Made by a program: the position numbers and the translations under genes. A DNA stretch of 32,000 nucleotides from Pyrodictium abyssi. GTDB lineage: Archaea > Thermoproteota > Thermoprotei_A > Sulfolobales > Pyrodictiaceae. The first letter of the stretch is position 1, and each line of letters opens with the position of its first letter. Of this stretch, positions 18,688-27,248 are shown piece by piece. The notes beneath the pieces were generated by a model that saw nothing but the letters and a program-made list of their open reading frames with translations, had not been told where the DNA came from and ran no database searches. The stretch is from positions 2,010,001 through 2,042,000 of the forward strand of contig NZ_AP028907.1 in the NCBI RefSeq assembly GCF_036323395.1, in the 5' to 3' direction.

Positions 18688-18840
18688 AGTGCTCCCCCGC
18701 GGCGGCTGTGAGGCCTAGAGGCTTAATTCAACGCACTTCGCAGCCACTATCAGTGCGGGTAAACGTCAGGGCATTAGGAGAGGCGGGCCGGCTAAGCTAG
18801 GGTTCAAAACCTGAATGTTGGGCGGCTTTGGTGAACGCTC

Positions 18841-19509
18841 TTGGGCGGTCATGGGAGAGGCAGGGCAGCATACATAGTACTTGAAGGAATAGATGGCGCC
18901 GGTACTACCACGCACAGCAAGCTCTTGGCAGAGAAACTGGAGAAACTTGGATACTGTACCTGCCTATTCGAGGAACCTAGCAGGGGGGACGTCGGCATAG
19001 TAATCCGGAAGATACTCTCACAGGGGCCCTTCGACCAGCGCCTTCTATCCCTGCTCTTTGCAGCCGATAGGCTAATGCTGCGCAGTAGCATAGAGGGCTG
19101 CCTGGACAGAGGCTGTCTAGCTATCAGCGATAGGAGCTGGATATCCAGCTTAGCCTACCAGAGCTACGACGACTTCCCAGACCCTGCACCCATTGAATGG
19201 ATATATGTAGTTAATCGCTACGCTATGCGCCCAGACATTCTAGTCTTCCTGGATGTTGAGCCAGCTATAGCCTACCGTAGGCTCGGTAGGAGGAAAGGTA
19301 GCCGTGAGCTGCCGGAGAGGCTACAAGCTCTCCGTGGTCTTGCTAGACGGTATGAGCACGTGCTGAAGCTGATAGAGGGTATAATACCCTTAGTTGTGCG
19401 TGTAAAGGGTAGTATAAACGGTTGTGAACGTCCGGTAGAGGCTGTCTCAAGAGATATTTTAACTGTTGTTCTTGCAGCGCTTAGGTACTGGGAACATAGC
19501 AAGGCGTAG
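18841..19509 (+). CDS. Thymidylate kinase-like protein
   Basis: 222 aa; YIVLEGIDGAGTTTHSKLLAEKLEKLGY, LLFAADRLML, AISDRSWISSLAYQ, DILVFLDVEPAIAYRRLGRR. TTG start in the track; exact start uncertain. Confidence 0.82.
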   Translation: MGGHGRGRAAYIVLEGIDGAGTTTHSKLLAEKLEKLGYCTCLFEEPSRGDVGIVIRKILSQGPFDQRLLSLLFAADRLMLRSSIEGCLDRGCLAISDRSWISSLAYQSYDDFPDPAPIEWIYVVNRYAMRPDILVFLDVEPAIAYRRLGRRKGSRELPERLQALRGLARRYEHVLKLIEGIIPLVVRVKGSINGCERPVEAVSRDILTVVLAALRYWEHSKA

Positions 19510-19617
19510 GGCCAGCCTCCGCGTTTTACACCTTAGCATAGCATGATGGGTGTCCAGCTACTAGAGTGATGCATGCGCATGTAGTGATGGTCAAGATGCA
19601 GCCGGGGGATAGTCATA

Positions 19618-19866
19618 TTGGCTCAGAACGAGAGGCCTAGGGGCGTCGTTACTCTAGACGTGATGCCGCCTGGATCACGTGCACGCGTAGTGCGTATAGA
19701 TGCTGGTACAAGGGCGCTCCGGCGGATAATAGAGATGGGGATTACTCCCGGCACTGTCGTAGAGGTTGTGGGGAGCTATGGTGGCCCGATACTGGTGCGG
19801 GTCCGGGGCGTAGTGCTTGCGCTAGGGAGGGGTGTGGCCCGGAAGATACTTGTTGAGCCGCTCTAG
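19618..19866 (+). CDS. FeoA domain protein
   Basis: 82 aa; VTLDVMPPGSRARVVRIDAG..RRIIEMGITPGTVVEVVGSYGGPILVRVRGVVLALGRGVARKILV. TTG start. Confidence 0.82.
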   Translation: MAQNERPRGVVTLDVMPPGSRARVVRIDAGTRALRRIIEMGITPGTVVEVVGSYGGPILVRVRGVVLALGRGVARKILVEPL

Positions 19867-21101
19867 GCCCGGCGTAGCACTGCTATGAAGCCCCCTGTGG
19901 ACCTGGATATGTGTGGGTAGATGCGCTGGGCTCCGGGTAGCCATGGGCTCCAGACACCTATGAGGGGCTGGGCTTCCTCGAGCTCGGCGAGTCCCTCCTC
20001 AACCACGGCTCTGACCACGTCCTCGTTCTCGTCGCGCGTGAGAGTACACGTCATGTAGACTACCCTGGAGCCTGGCTTGACGCTAGCTAGGGCGGCGCGT
20101 AGTCCAGCCTTCTGTAGCTTTTGTAGCTTCTCGACTATCCTGGGCCCGGCGCGCTCGAGGAACAGCCGGGTCTCGGGGCTGTGGCCGAGACGGCCCATAC
20201 TAGTACAGTCCGGGTCCACTAGCGCAGACGTGGCCGAGCCCGGTCTAAGCGGCGGCCTGGTGGCGTCGCCAGCCACCAGGTCGGCTAGAGCAGCGCCCTG
20301 TCGCCGGAGGAGGCGCTTCTCGTCTAGGAGGCGCCGCGGCGATATCTCCACGGCCACGGCGGCTCTGGGGCCGCTCCGCCACATGACGTGAGCCAGCTTG
20401 TTGCCCGGCGCGCTGAAGGCGTCTAGGATGAGTCTGCCAGGATCCCCTAGGACGTGGGCAGCGAGTGCAGCGGCCCGGTCCTGTATGTAGAAGAGCCTTG
20501 GGTCTAGCCGCTCGGGCGCGCCGGGCTCCACCTCGATGGCCTCGACTACATCGTCTAGTACTGGGTCGGGTTCTGCTCGTATCCCGGCCCTGGAGAGGAG
20601 CTCGATCGCCTGGCCCAGTGTGAGCCTTCCCTTGTTGAAGCGTATCCACATGGGCGTCGGCTTCTGGAGGCTCTTGAGGAGCGCCTCGAGACCGCCTGGC
20701 GGGTTTAGCTCCGCGAGCTTCTCGACCACCCAGAGGGGCAGGCTGTAGAGCACTGCGAGCCTCTCTAGCCCTTCCAGGCCGGAGACAATGTCCCTGGGCT
20801 CGGCCCTCCTTAGGCACTCGGCTACGTCCCGCGGGAGCCCAGTGGCCTCCACGACGCGGTCGAGCGGCACAGCATCGCGCCGGAACATAGCCTCGTAGGC
20901 TCCCACCAGCGGGAGCCAGCCCTCGGGGCGGCCGCGCACCTGGCCGCGGTAGCCGCAGTAGCGGAGCCCCCGCACCAGGAGCCGATAGTTACGGAGTACG
21001 CCCAGGCACAGCGCGTTGAGGAGACCCCGGGGCACCCGTGGGCGCAGCTTCTCGACTACGTAGCGCAGCGAGTAGAGTTTAGCCTCGACCCTGCTGAGCA
21101 C
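19863..21101 (-). CDS. NOL1/NOP2/Sun (RsmB-like) RNA m5C methyltransferase family protein
   Basis: 412 aa; PMWIRFNKGRL, SAPGNKLAHV, LVDPDCTSMGRLG, VVYMTCTLTRDENEDVV, HISRSTGGFIAVLRR. Confidence 0.83.
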   Translation of the reverse strand: MLSRVEAKLYSLRYVVEKLRPRVPRGLLNALCLGVLRNYRLLVRGLRYCGYRGQVRGRPEGWLPLVGAYEAMFRRDAVPLDRVVEATGLPRDVAECLRRAEPRDIVSGLEGLERLAVLYSLPLWVVEKLAELNPPGGLEALLKSLQKPTPMWIRFNKGRLTLGQAIELLSRAGIRAEPDPVLDDVVEAIEVEPGAPERLDPRLFYIQDRAAALAAHVLGDPGRLILDAFSAPGNKLAHVMWRSGPRAAVAVEISPRRLLDEKRLLRRQGAALADLVAGDATRPPLRPGSATSALVDPDCTSMGRLGHSPETRLFLERAGPRIVEKLQKLQKAGLRAALASVKPGSRVVYMTCTLTRDENEDVVRAVVEEGLAELEEAQPLIGVWSPWLPGAQRIYPHISRSTGGFIAVLRRA

Positions 21102-21279
21102 TACTGCGCAGGCATGCTCTACGCTCCGCAGCCCTGCTCCCCGGGGTGACCATGCCCCCTTTGCCGGCGGCCCCCTATCAGCATAATACCTAGCCCACGT
21201 CTCTAGAGGTGCTACCCCAGGGACTCGGCTAGGGGCCTCAGAGCTGGGCCCGTTAGTGGCTACCTAGGGGCACCCGGGT

Positions 21280-22275
21280 ATGGGCTACCGTGTGCTGATA
21301 ATAGGCGGTATAGGCTACCTTGGCTATAACCTCGCGCTAGAGCATAGCAGCGGCGGCGACACTGTATACGTGGTGGCTAGGAGGTCGAGTGCGGAGAAAC
21401 GCCCCCTGCTCTTCGAGGAGCTGAAGCAGCTAACGGAGAGGATACTCCTAACGTCGACCCTGCACGACCCCGCCGATATCCAGGGGAGCATAGACAGCGT
21501 TGGATGCCCGGACATAGCATACATGGCTGTAGGCAAGCTCCAGGGGACCAGAGAGGAGCTAATGGAAGCTAACGCTGTTATACCGAAGAGGTGGGCGGAG
21601 CTGCTGTCGCGGCGCTGCATTGACGCGCTATACGTCTACATCAGCAACACACTAGCCGTGGGAGACGCGAGCAAATGTGCACAGAACGGCCGCGTGGTAG
21701 AGGAGGCCCCACATCTACGGGGCTGTAGGCCGGTAGGCCCCCACGGCTTGTCGAAGATGGAGGGCGAGCGCAACGTGATGTCTGTGTGCCGGCGTACCCG
21801 GCTAAGCGTGGCAATACTCCGCCCCGGGCTGCTGGTAGGACGCTGGTGCTACCACGACGAGTGGCGCATCCTGTACCGGCTCGCCAGGCTCCATATAAGG
21901 ATAAGCGGTGGCCCCTTCATCCACGCCGCGCCGGCCCGAGACATAGCGGTAGCCTCGCGGCTCCTGCGGGACCGTATGGGCGACAAGTTCTGCGGCTGGT
22001 TCTACGCGACACCCTGGCGAGGCAGGCTAGGCGAGCTGCATAGGCTCCTGCACAGCCACCTCGGGGTTAGGGGCTCCATGCCGCTCCCACTGCCCCGGCT
22101 CCCGCGCGTCAGACTGCCCGGGCTGCCCGAGATACTAGCCGAGTACAGCGCACAGCAACGCCTAGTCTTCGAGCCCTACGCGCTAAACGAGCTAGGCATG
22201 GAGTGGCGTAGTATAGATGAGGCGGTACGCGAGGCGGCAGAGTGGCTCAAAAACTACATGGGGGAGAAGCTCTAG
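21280..22275 (+). CDS. NAD-dependent epimerase/dehydratase (extended SDR) family protein, divergent
   Basis: 331 aa; VLIIGGIGYLGYNLA (GxxGxxG), DALYVYISNTLAVGD, GPHGLSKMEGE, RPGLLVG. Confidence 0.78.
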   Translation: MGYRVLIIGGIGYLGYNLALEHSSGGDTVYVVARRSSAEKRPLLFEELKQLTERILLTSTLHDPADIQGSIDSVGCPDIAYMAVGKLQGTREELMEANAVIPKRWAELLSRRCIDALYVYISNTLAVGDASKCAQNGRVVEEAPHLRGCRPVGPHGLSKMEGERNVMSVCRRTRLSVAILRPGLLVGRWCYHDEWRILYRLARLHIRISGGPFIHAAPARDIAVASRLLRDRMGDKFCGWFYATPWRGRLGELHRLLHSHLGVRGSMPLPLPRLPRVRLPGLPEILAEYSAQQRLVFEPYALNELGMEWRSIDEAVREAAEWLKNYMGEKL

Positions 22276-22315
22276 GAGGCATACACGCGGAAGCATGCAC
22301 GGAGATGGCCGAGGC

Positions 22316-22990
22316 ATGGCTGGGCAGATTCGCCCGGAGGAGCTAAGCTTCGAGGAAGGCGCCTACCTCGTAAGGCTCGCGCGGCGGAGTGTAGAGCACC
22401 ATCTCAGGCATGGCGGGAAGATGCCGGTACCCAGTGACGCCCCGCCCCGGCTCATGAGGCCGGGGGCAGCCTTCGTCACTATAACCACGTACTATGGCCC
22501 CGAGTCCCGCGAGCTGCGGGGCTGCATAGGCTACGTCCAGCCGGTGAAGAGCCTCGTAGAGACTGTGATAGACGTAGCCGTGGAGGCGGCGTTCAACGAC
22601 CCAAGGTTCCCGCCCCTCAACCCCGACGAGCTGCCCCGTGTGACATTCGAGGTGAGCGTCCTCGGGCCCCTCGAGCCGCTGCCCCGAGACCCAGAGGAGA
22701 GACCCAAGAGCTTCACGATAGGCCGCCACGGGCTGGTGGCACGCCGGGGGCTCTTCCAGGGCCTCCTCCTCCCCGAGGTCCCGGTAGAGTATCTATGGGA
22801 CCCGGAGACATTCCTAGCCGAGACCTGCGTCAAGGCTAGCATGGCGCCTAGCTGCTGGCTCGACCCCGATACCGAGTTCTACAGGTTCAGCGGGCGCGCT
22901 TGGCGCGAGAAGACGCCGCTAGGCGAGATAGAGGAACGTGACCTAGCGGAGGAGTACCAGCAGCTACTCCAGCGCTACCTACGCGGCTAG
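22316..22990 (+). CDS. AMMECR1 domain protein
   Basis: The track ORF starts at 22217; likely ATG at 22316 (MAGQIRPEELSFEEGAYLVRLAR), alternatively 22295. RELRGCIGYVQPVKSLVETVIDVAVEAAFNDPRFPPL and LLLPEVPVEYLWDPETFLAETCVKASM. Confidence 0.92.
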   Translation: MAGQIRPEELSFEEGAYLVRLARRSVEHHLRHGGKMPVPSDAPPRLMRPGAAFVTITTYYGPESRELRGCIGYVQPVKSLVETVIDVAVEAAFNDPRFPPLNPDELPRVTFEVSVLGPLEPLPRDPEERPKSFTIGRHGLVARRGLFQGLLLPEVPVEYLWDPETFLAETCVKASMAPSCWLDPDTEFYRFSGRAWREKTPLGEIEERDLAEEYQQLLQRYLRG

Positions 22991-23029
22991 CAGGCCTCCA
23001 CCGGGGATATAGGGGCTAGCCCGGCTCCC

Positions 23030-23596
23030 TTGTCCCCTGGTGGAGTGGTATTGGCTAGGAGGCAGCGCCGGCAGCAGGTGGTAGCGCCCCCAGCGCTCAC
23101 AGTGGAGGGCGGAGAACTCTACCTCATATCGATACGGCCGGTCTACGCCTACCAGATATTCCGGTCCCGGAAGAAGTTCGAGCTACGCCGCAACGCGGCC
23201 GGCAGGATACCGGAAGGCGCAGTAATGGTAGTCTACGCGTCGGGGAACGTCCGGGCGATAATAGGCGAGTTCACAGTAGGCCGGGTAATCGAGGGCACGG
23301 CTGAGCAGGTATGGCGCAAGGTAATGGAGCAGCCTGACGCGGGTGTGGGCGGCGACGCGTGGCACTACATACGGGGCGCCCAGCGCGCAATGGCGCTCGA
23401 GGTCCAGAACCCCGTAATGTACCCGCGTCGTGTGACCCTGGAGGAGATACGCAGGGTAATACCGGGCTGGAACCCGCCGCTCAGCTACAAGCAGCTCCGC
23501 GAGGGCGAGCCCGTCTACGAGCTCATTATACGCAGGCTGCGCCGCCTAGCAGGCCTCGAGCCGGACTACGAGGAGGAACCGGCCGTGGAGGCCTAG
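23030..23596 (+). CDS. Possible ASCH/PUA-like domain protein
   Basis: 188 aa; LISIRPVYAYQIFRSRKKFELRR...VMVVYASGNVRAIIGEFTVGRV resembles ASCH/PUA-like small domains. TTG start uncertain. Confidence 0.6.
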   Translation: MSPGGVVLARRQRRQQVVAPPALTVEGGELYLISIRPVYAYQIFRSRKKFELRRNAAGRIPEGAVMVVYASGNVRAIIGEFTVGRVIEGTAEQVWRKVMEQPDAGVGGDAWHYIRGAQRAMALEVQNPVMYPRRVTLEEIRRVIPGWNPPLSYKQLREGEPVYELIIRRLRRLAGLEPDYEEEPAVEA

Positions 23597-24822
23597 CGGC
23601 GCGAGTGAATCTCCACTATGTCGCCGTCCTCCAGCACGTGGTCCAGGCCAACCCTCTCCCCGGGATACTTGGCGGAGGGGCCCCACACCTTCGCGTACTC
23701 GAAGTACTCTAGCAGGTCACTGTGTATCTTCGTAGCGAGGTCACGCACAGTGGCACCGCGGCGCAGCACCACTGGGGTTTTGCTCGGCTCGCTGTTAGGC
23801 CTCTTCGTGTAGACCCTTATCACGTCGAGGCGGCGGAAGAGAAGCTCGCCTAGCTTATCCAGGTTGTAGCCGGTCCGGGCGGAGACCGGGAGCAGCCAGA
23901 CGCTCTTCTCTCGCCTCCCGGCGAGGTACTCGTAGAGCCTACGGTAGCTCTCGGCAGCGCCCGGCACGTCGGCCTTATTAGCCAGGACTATGGCTGGACG
24001 GTAGACGCTACTCCGCAGCACAGCCATCTCGATGTCGTCTAGCGTCACCTCACCCTCTATGTAGACCTTGGCCCTGTATATCCTGTAGCGGGATAGGACC
24101 CTCTCGACATCCTTGACCGTGCCGTCTAGTATCCTCCCGGTGCCCAGCACTTGTACGCCGTGCTCGCCGCCCTTCTCTATACGCACAGTACCCCGTGGCT
24201 TCTCTATGAACACTCCGTGCTCGGCTAGGATGTCCCTCACGAGCTTGTACTGCTCCAGGGCGTCCTCCTCTAGGCTCACGACGACTATCACGGCGTCAGC
24301 GTTACGCGCTATACCAGCTATACGGGGTATATACTGTGGCGCGTCCTCGGAGAGAGGAGGAGTATCGACAAGCTGGAAGTAGATATCCTTGTAGGGCAGC
24401 ATGCCGGGCGTGGGCAGGGTCGTAGCGAAGGGGTAGTCGGCTACACGGGTCCTTGCCCCGGTAAGCCGGTGTACCAGTAGGCTCTTCCCCGTGTTAGGCG
24501 GCCCTATGACAGCTATCTGCGCCGCCCCCTCCTTCTCGATGAATATCCGCGGCCCGCCGCCCCCCTTCTTCTTCCTCCTCTGCTCCTCTAGCTCCTCACG
24601 TAGCTCTGCTAGGCGGCGCTTAGCCCATAGTAGGAGGTTCTCCACGCCCTTATGCTTCGGCACAGCCGAGAGGAACTCTTCGAGGGCCTTTATCTTGTCC
24701 TCGATGGTCTTGGCCTCAGAGTACTTTGCAAGCTTAGCCTGCGCCTCTGGCGGCAAGTTGGCTGGCACTGCTGCGTCCCCCTCCCGGCGTCTCCGTGCCA
24801 GGGCCTCCAGAGCCTCAGCCAA
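23593..24822 (-). CDS. OBG/DRG-like GTPase with C-terminal TGS domain
   Basis: 409 aa; G1 GPPNTGKS, TTLPTPGMLPY, VDTPPLSED, G4 NKAD, and a C-terminal TGS-like segment (RRGATVRDLATKIHSDLLEYFEYAKVWG...HVLEDGDIVEIH). Confidence 0.9.
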   Translation of the reverse strand: MAEALEALARRRREGDAAVPANLPPEAQAKLAKYSEAKTIEDKIKALEEFLSAVPKHKGVENLLLWAKRRLAELREELEEQRRKKKGGGGPRIFIEKEGAAQIAVIGPPNTGKSLLVHRLTGARTRVADYPFATTLPTPGMLPYKDIYFQLVDTPPLSEDAPQYIPRIAGIARNADAVIVVVSLEEDALEQYKLVRDILAEHGVFIEKPRGTVRIEKGGEHGVQVLGTGRILDGTVKDVERVLSRYRIYRAKVYIEGEVTLDDIEMAVLRSSVYRPAIVLANKADVPGAAESYRRLYEYLAGRREKSVWLLPVSARTGYNLDKLGELLFRRLDVIRVYTKRPNSEPSKTPVVLRRGATVRDLATKIHSDLLEYFEYAKVWGPSAKYPGERVGLDHVLEDGDIVEIHSRR

Positions 24823-24942
24823 TAACAGACCACAGGAGCCGCTAGAGCCCTATATCCCTGACACGTGGAGGGCCAAAGACCCCAGAGGGTTTATAGTAAG
24901 CTATGCGGTAGCCCCGAAGGCCCGGAACCCGGTGAAAGAGCT

Positions 24943-25479
24943 ATGCCACGGACACGGCGGCAGCGCAGTAAGATAGTCGCCTTAGCCCTGGCAGGCTTCT
25001 TCATAGTACTCCTCTTCCTCGAGGTAGTAGCGATATTCTCACCAGCACTAATGGGCATATTCCGGGGCAAGACCCACAGCTATAGCGTAGTAGTGTTCGC
25101 GCCGCCGAGCATGGAGCAGCAAGCGGCCCAAGTGGCCAAGGACGTTGCTAGCCGTCTTGGTGTCGAGAACTACCGTGTCGAGCCAGTGGAGACCAACACT
25201 ACATCAGGATTAATGTCCATAGTACTGTTCGATAACAACGAGCCCGTACTGGTGCTCTTCACGAGCAGCACCCAGGGCGTAGGAGAGACAGTCTACCAGA
25301 TAGCCACACAACTACTACCCCGTGTACCAAGCAACGCAACACTGCTCTACGCTGGCAGCGCCGGGTCATTCCTACTGCCCAAGAACACGACACTAGTAGA
25401 GGAGTTCGTCAAGGACGTCATATCATCACAGCCGCCCCACGGCAGTACCCCGACAGAGACGAACACGGCGCAGGGGTAG
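24943..25479 (+). CDS. Hypothetical single-pass membrane-anchored extracytoplasmic protein
   Basis: The track ORF starts at 24865; ATG 24943 gives MPRTRRQRSKIVALALAGFFIVLLFLEVVAIF (TM), then a ~150 aa alpha/beta-looking domain with a Thr-rich tail. Confidence 0.65.
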   Translation: MPRTRRQRSKIVALALAGFFIVLLFLEVVAIFSPALMGIFRGKTHSYSVVVFAPPSMEQQAAQVAKDVASRLGVENYRVEPVETNTTSGLMSIVLFDNNEPVLVLFTSSTQGVGETVYQIATQLLPRVPSNATLLYAGSAGSFLLPKNTTLVEEFVKDVISSQPPHGSTPTETNTAQG

Positions 25480-25481
25480 AG

Positions 25482-25522
25482 AAGCCCCAGCATCCGGGGT
25501 GAGCCCAGGCCCCCGGGGGCTT
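25482..25522. repeat. GC-rich inverted repeat AAGCCCC ... GGGGCTT
   Basis: 7-bp arms at 25482-25488 and 25516-25522, immediately after the stop of the hypothetical protein. Confidence 0.4.
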
Positions 25523-25629
25523 GTCCTGGTCTGCGCCAGAGACTATACCCAGTCTAGAGAGCTTGCATAGCCGGGCCCAGCAGTAGCCAGTACCACGGCG
25601 AGCGTGGGTCAGTGAGGTAGTAGAACGGC

Positions 25630-27036
25630 ATGGGAGGAAACAGAGGCGGCGACATCTCTAGACTAAGAGAGCGCGTACTCCACACAGAGAACCTGCCACG
25701 GCTACTACTATGGCTAGCAGCGCCGCTCATCGTGTCCGGGAGCGTCGAAGCCCTATACCAGGTAGTGGACACCTTCTGGCTCTCCAGGCTGGGCAGTGCA
25801 GCACTAGGCACGCCCATTGTGTCGTGGCCCTACCGCGGCATACTCGGAAGCGTAGGCTTTGGCCTAGCCAGCTCGGTATCGGCGCTAGCAGGCCAGTACA
25901 TAGGAGCTGGACGCTTCGACCGGGCGTCACGCGTTGTTGGCAGCATCCTGGGAATACTGCTGGCTATAGGCATACCGGCATCACTCGTCCTCGCTGCAGG
26001 CCTTAACATCTACCTAGAGGCTATGAAGGTCCCAGACGACATACGTCCCCTGGCAGCTGTGTACATAACGGTGACAGTACTAACGATACCGCTGACCTAC
26101 ATATACATGGTGTTCTCGTTCGCACTTGCAGCAGCAGGAAACACGCGAACACCTACAAAGATAAGCATAGCCTCGACGGTGACCAACGCTGTACTGGACC
26201 CAATACTCATCTTCTGGGCCGGCATGGGCGTGCTAGGCGCGGCGCTTGCCACTGCAGCAGCGACAGCGCTCTCGGCAGGCTACGCGGTCTACAGCTTCGC
26301 TACGGGGCGGCACGGCTACTACATAAGGCCAACAGACCTAGCCCCCGAGAAGAGCCTCCTGCCTACAATCCTCCGGGTCTCGGGGCCACTCGTAGCCCAG
26401 AGGCTCGGCACAAACCTCGGCTTCGTGTTCATGGTCAGGATAATATCCGGGCTATCGACACCAGTAGTGGCAGCCTACTCCATAGGCCAGGTGATACTGA
26501 ACATAGACCATGTGATAGTAATGCCAATAGTGCGCGCAACCGGAATCGTGGTGGCTCAGAGCCTCGGAGCTGGCATGACACGGCGGAGCCGCCGCACAGT
26601 ACTAGCAGGAGGCCTCATCATAGCCGGAGCGACCCTAGCCTACATAGCAGTGCTCCTAATCCTACGCGACCGGTTCATATCCCTCTTCACCAGCGACCCA
26701 CAGGTAGCAGCCGCAGCAAGGAACATGCTAACAATATTCGCCCCAAGCATCATAGGCTTCAACATGTTCATGCTAGCAAACGTCGTGGCAAGGTCAAGCG
26801 GCCACACAGTATTCATGTCGCTCCTGGGCATAGCCAGGCTATGGCTGCTCCGTGTACCGCTATCCTGGCTACTAGCATACCGCCTAGGACTCGGCGACCG
26901 CGGGCTCTGGACAGGAATGGCGATAAGCAACTACGTGACCGGGGCAATAGCGCTAGCCTGGCTCGCGAAGAGAAACTGGGCCAAAGCAGTAATAGACAAG
27001 TCGGTCATAATGTCGGCGGGCATAGGCGGTAAGTAG
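25630..27036 (+). CDS. MATE family efflux transporter
   Basis: 468 aa polytopic; PLIVSGSVEALYQVVDTFWLSRLGSAALG, GNTRTPTKISI, ARSSGHTVFMSLLGIARLWLLRVPLSWLL. Confidence 0.92.
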   Translation: MGGNRGGDISRLRERVLHTENLPRLLLWLAAPLIVSGSVEALYQVVDTFWLSRLGSAALGTPIVSWPYRGILGSVGFGLASSVSALAGQYIGAGRFDRASRVVGSILGILLAIGIPASLVLAAGLNIYLEAMKVPDDIRPLAAVYITVTVLTIPLTYIYMVFSFALAAAGNTRTPTKISIASTVTNAVLDPILIFWAGMGVLGAALATAAATALSAGYAVYSFATGRHGYYIRPTDLAPEKSLLPTILRVSGPLVAQRLGTNLGFVFMVRIISGLSTPVVAAYSIGQVILNIDHVIVMPIVRATGIVVAQSLGAGMTRRSRRTVLAGGLIIAGATLAYIAVLLILRDRFISLFTSDPQVAAAARNMLTIFAPSIIGFNMFMLANVVARSSGHTVFMSLLGIARLWLLRVPLSWLLAYRLGLGDRGLWTGMAISNYVTGAIALAWLAKRNWAKAVIDKSVIMSAGIGGK

Positions 27037-27248
27037 CAACTTTACATAAGCTGGGCGTGTCATGAACCTCCTACAAGACTCTGAAATATGTAGGCCAAGC
27101 CAACACGTTAGCGCACCGCAAAGCCCGGGGCCGCCGAGGCCTGCTGCGTCTTGTCTCAGCAAGTGCCACTGCATAATAGTTGATAATACTATTGACTCTA
27201 AGCCTTGGAGCGTAGACACGTAGAGTTTAATGAAGCGATGGGTGTACA

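Noticed and set aside
18799-18812. GGGTTCAAAACCTG, another T-loop-like word upstream of the thymidylate-kinase-like gene
   Set aside because: Cannot build a 5-bp T-stem with a 7-nt loop and no cloverleaf is visible.
19539-19597. Several C-box-like words (ATGATGG, GTGATGC, GTGATGG) upstream of feoA
   Set aside because: No CTGA D box at suitable spacing, so a C/D sRNA is not supported.
20245-20817. 190-aa minus-strand ORF inside the NOL1/NOP2/Sun gene
   Set aside because: Same-strand alternate frame of a convincingly coding gene; Arg/Gly/Ala-rich noise without motifs.
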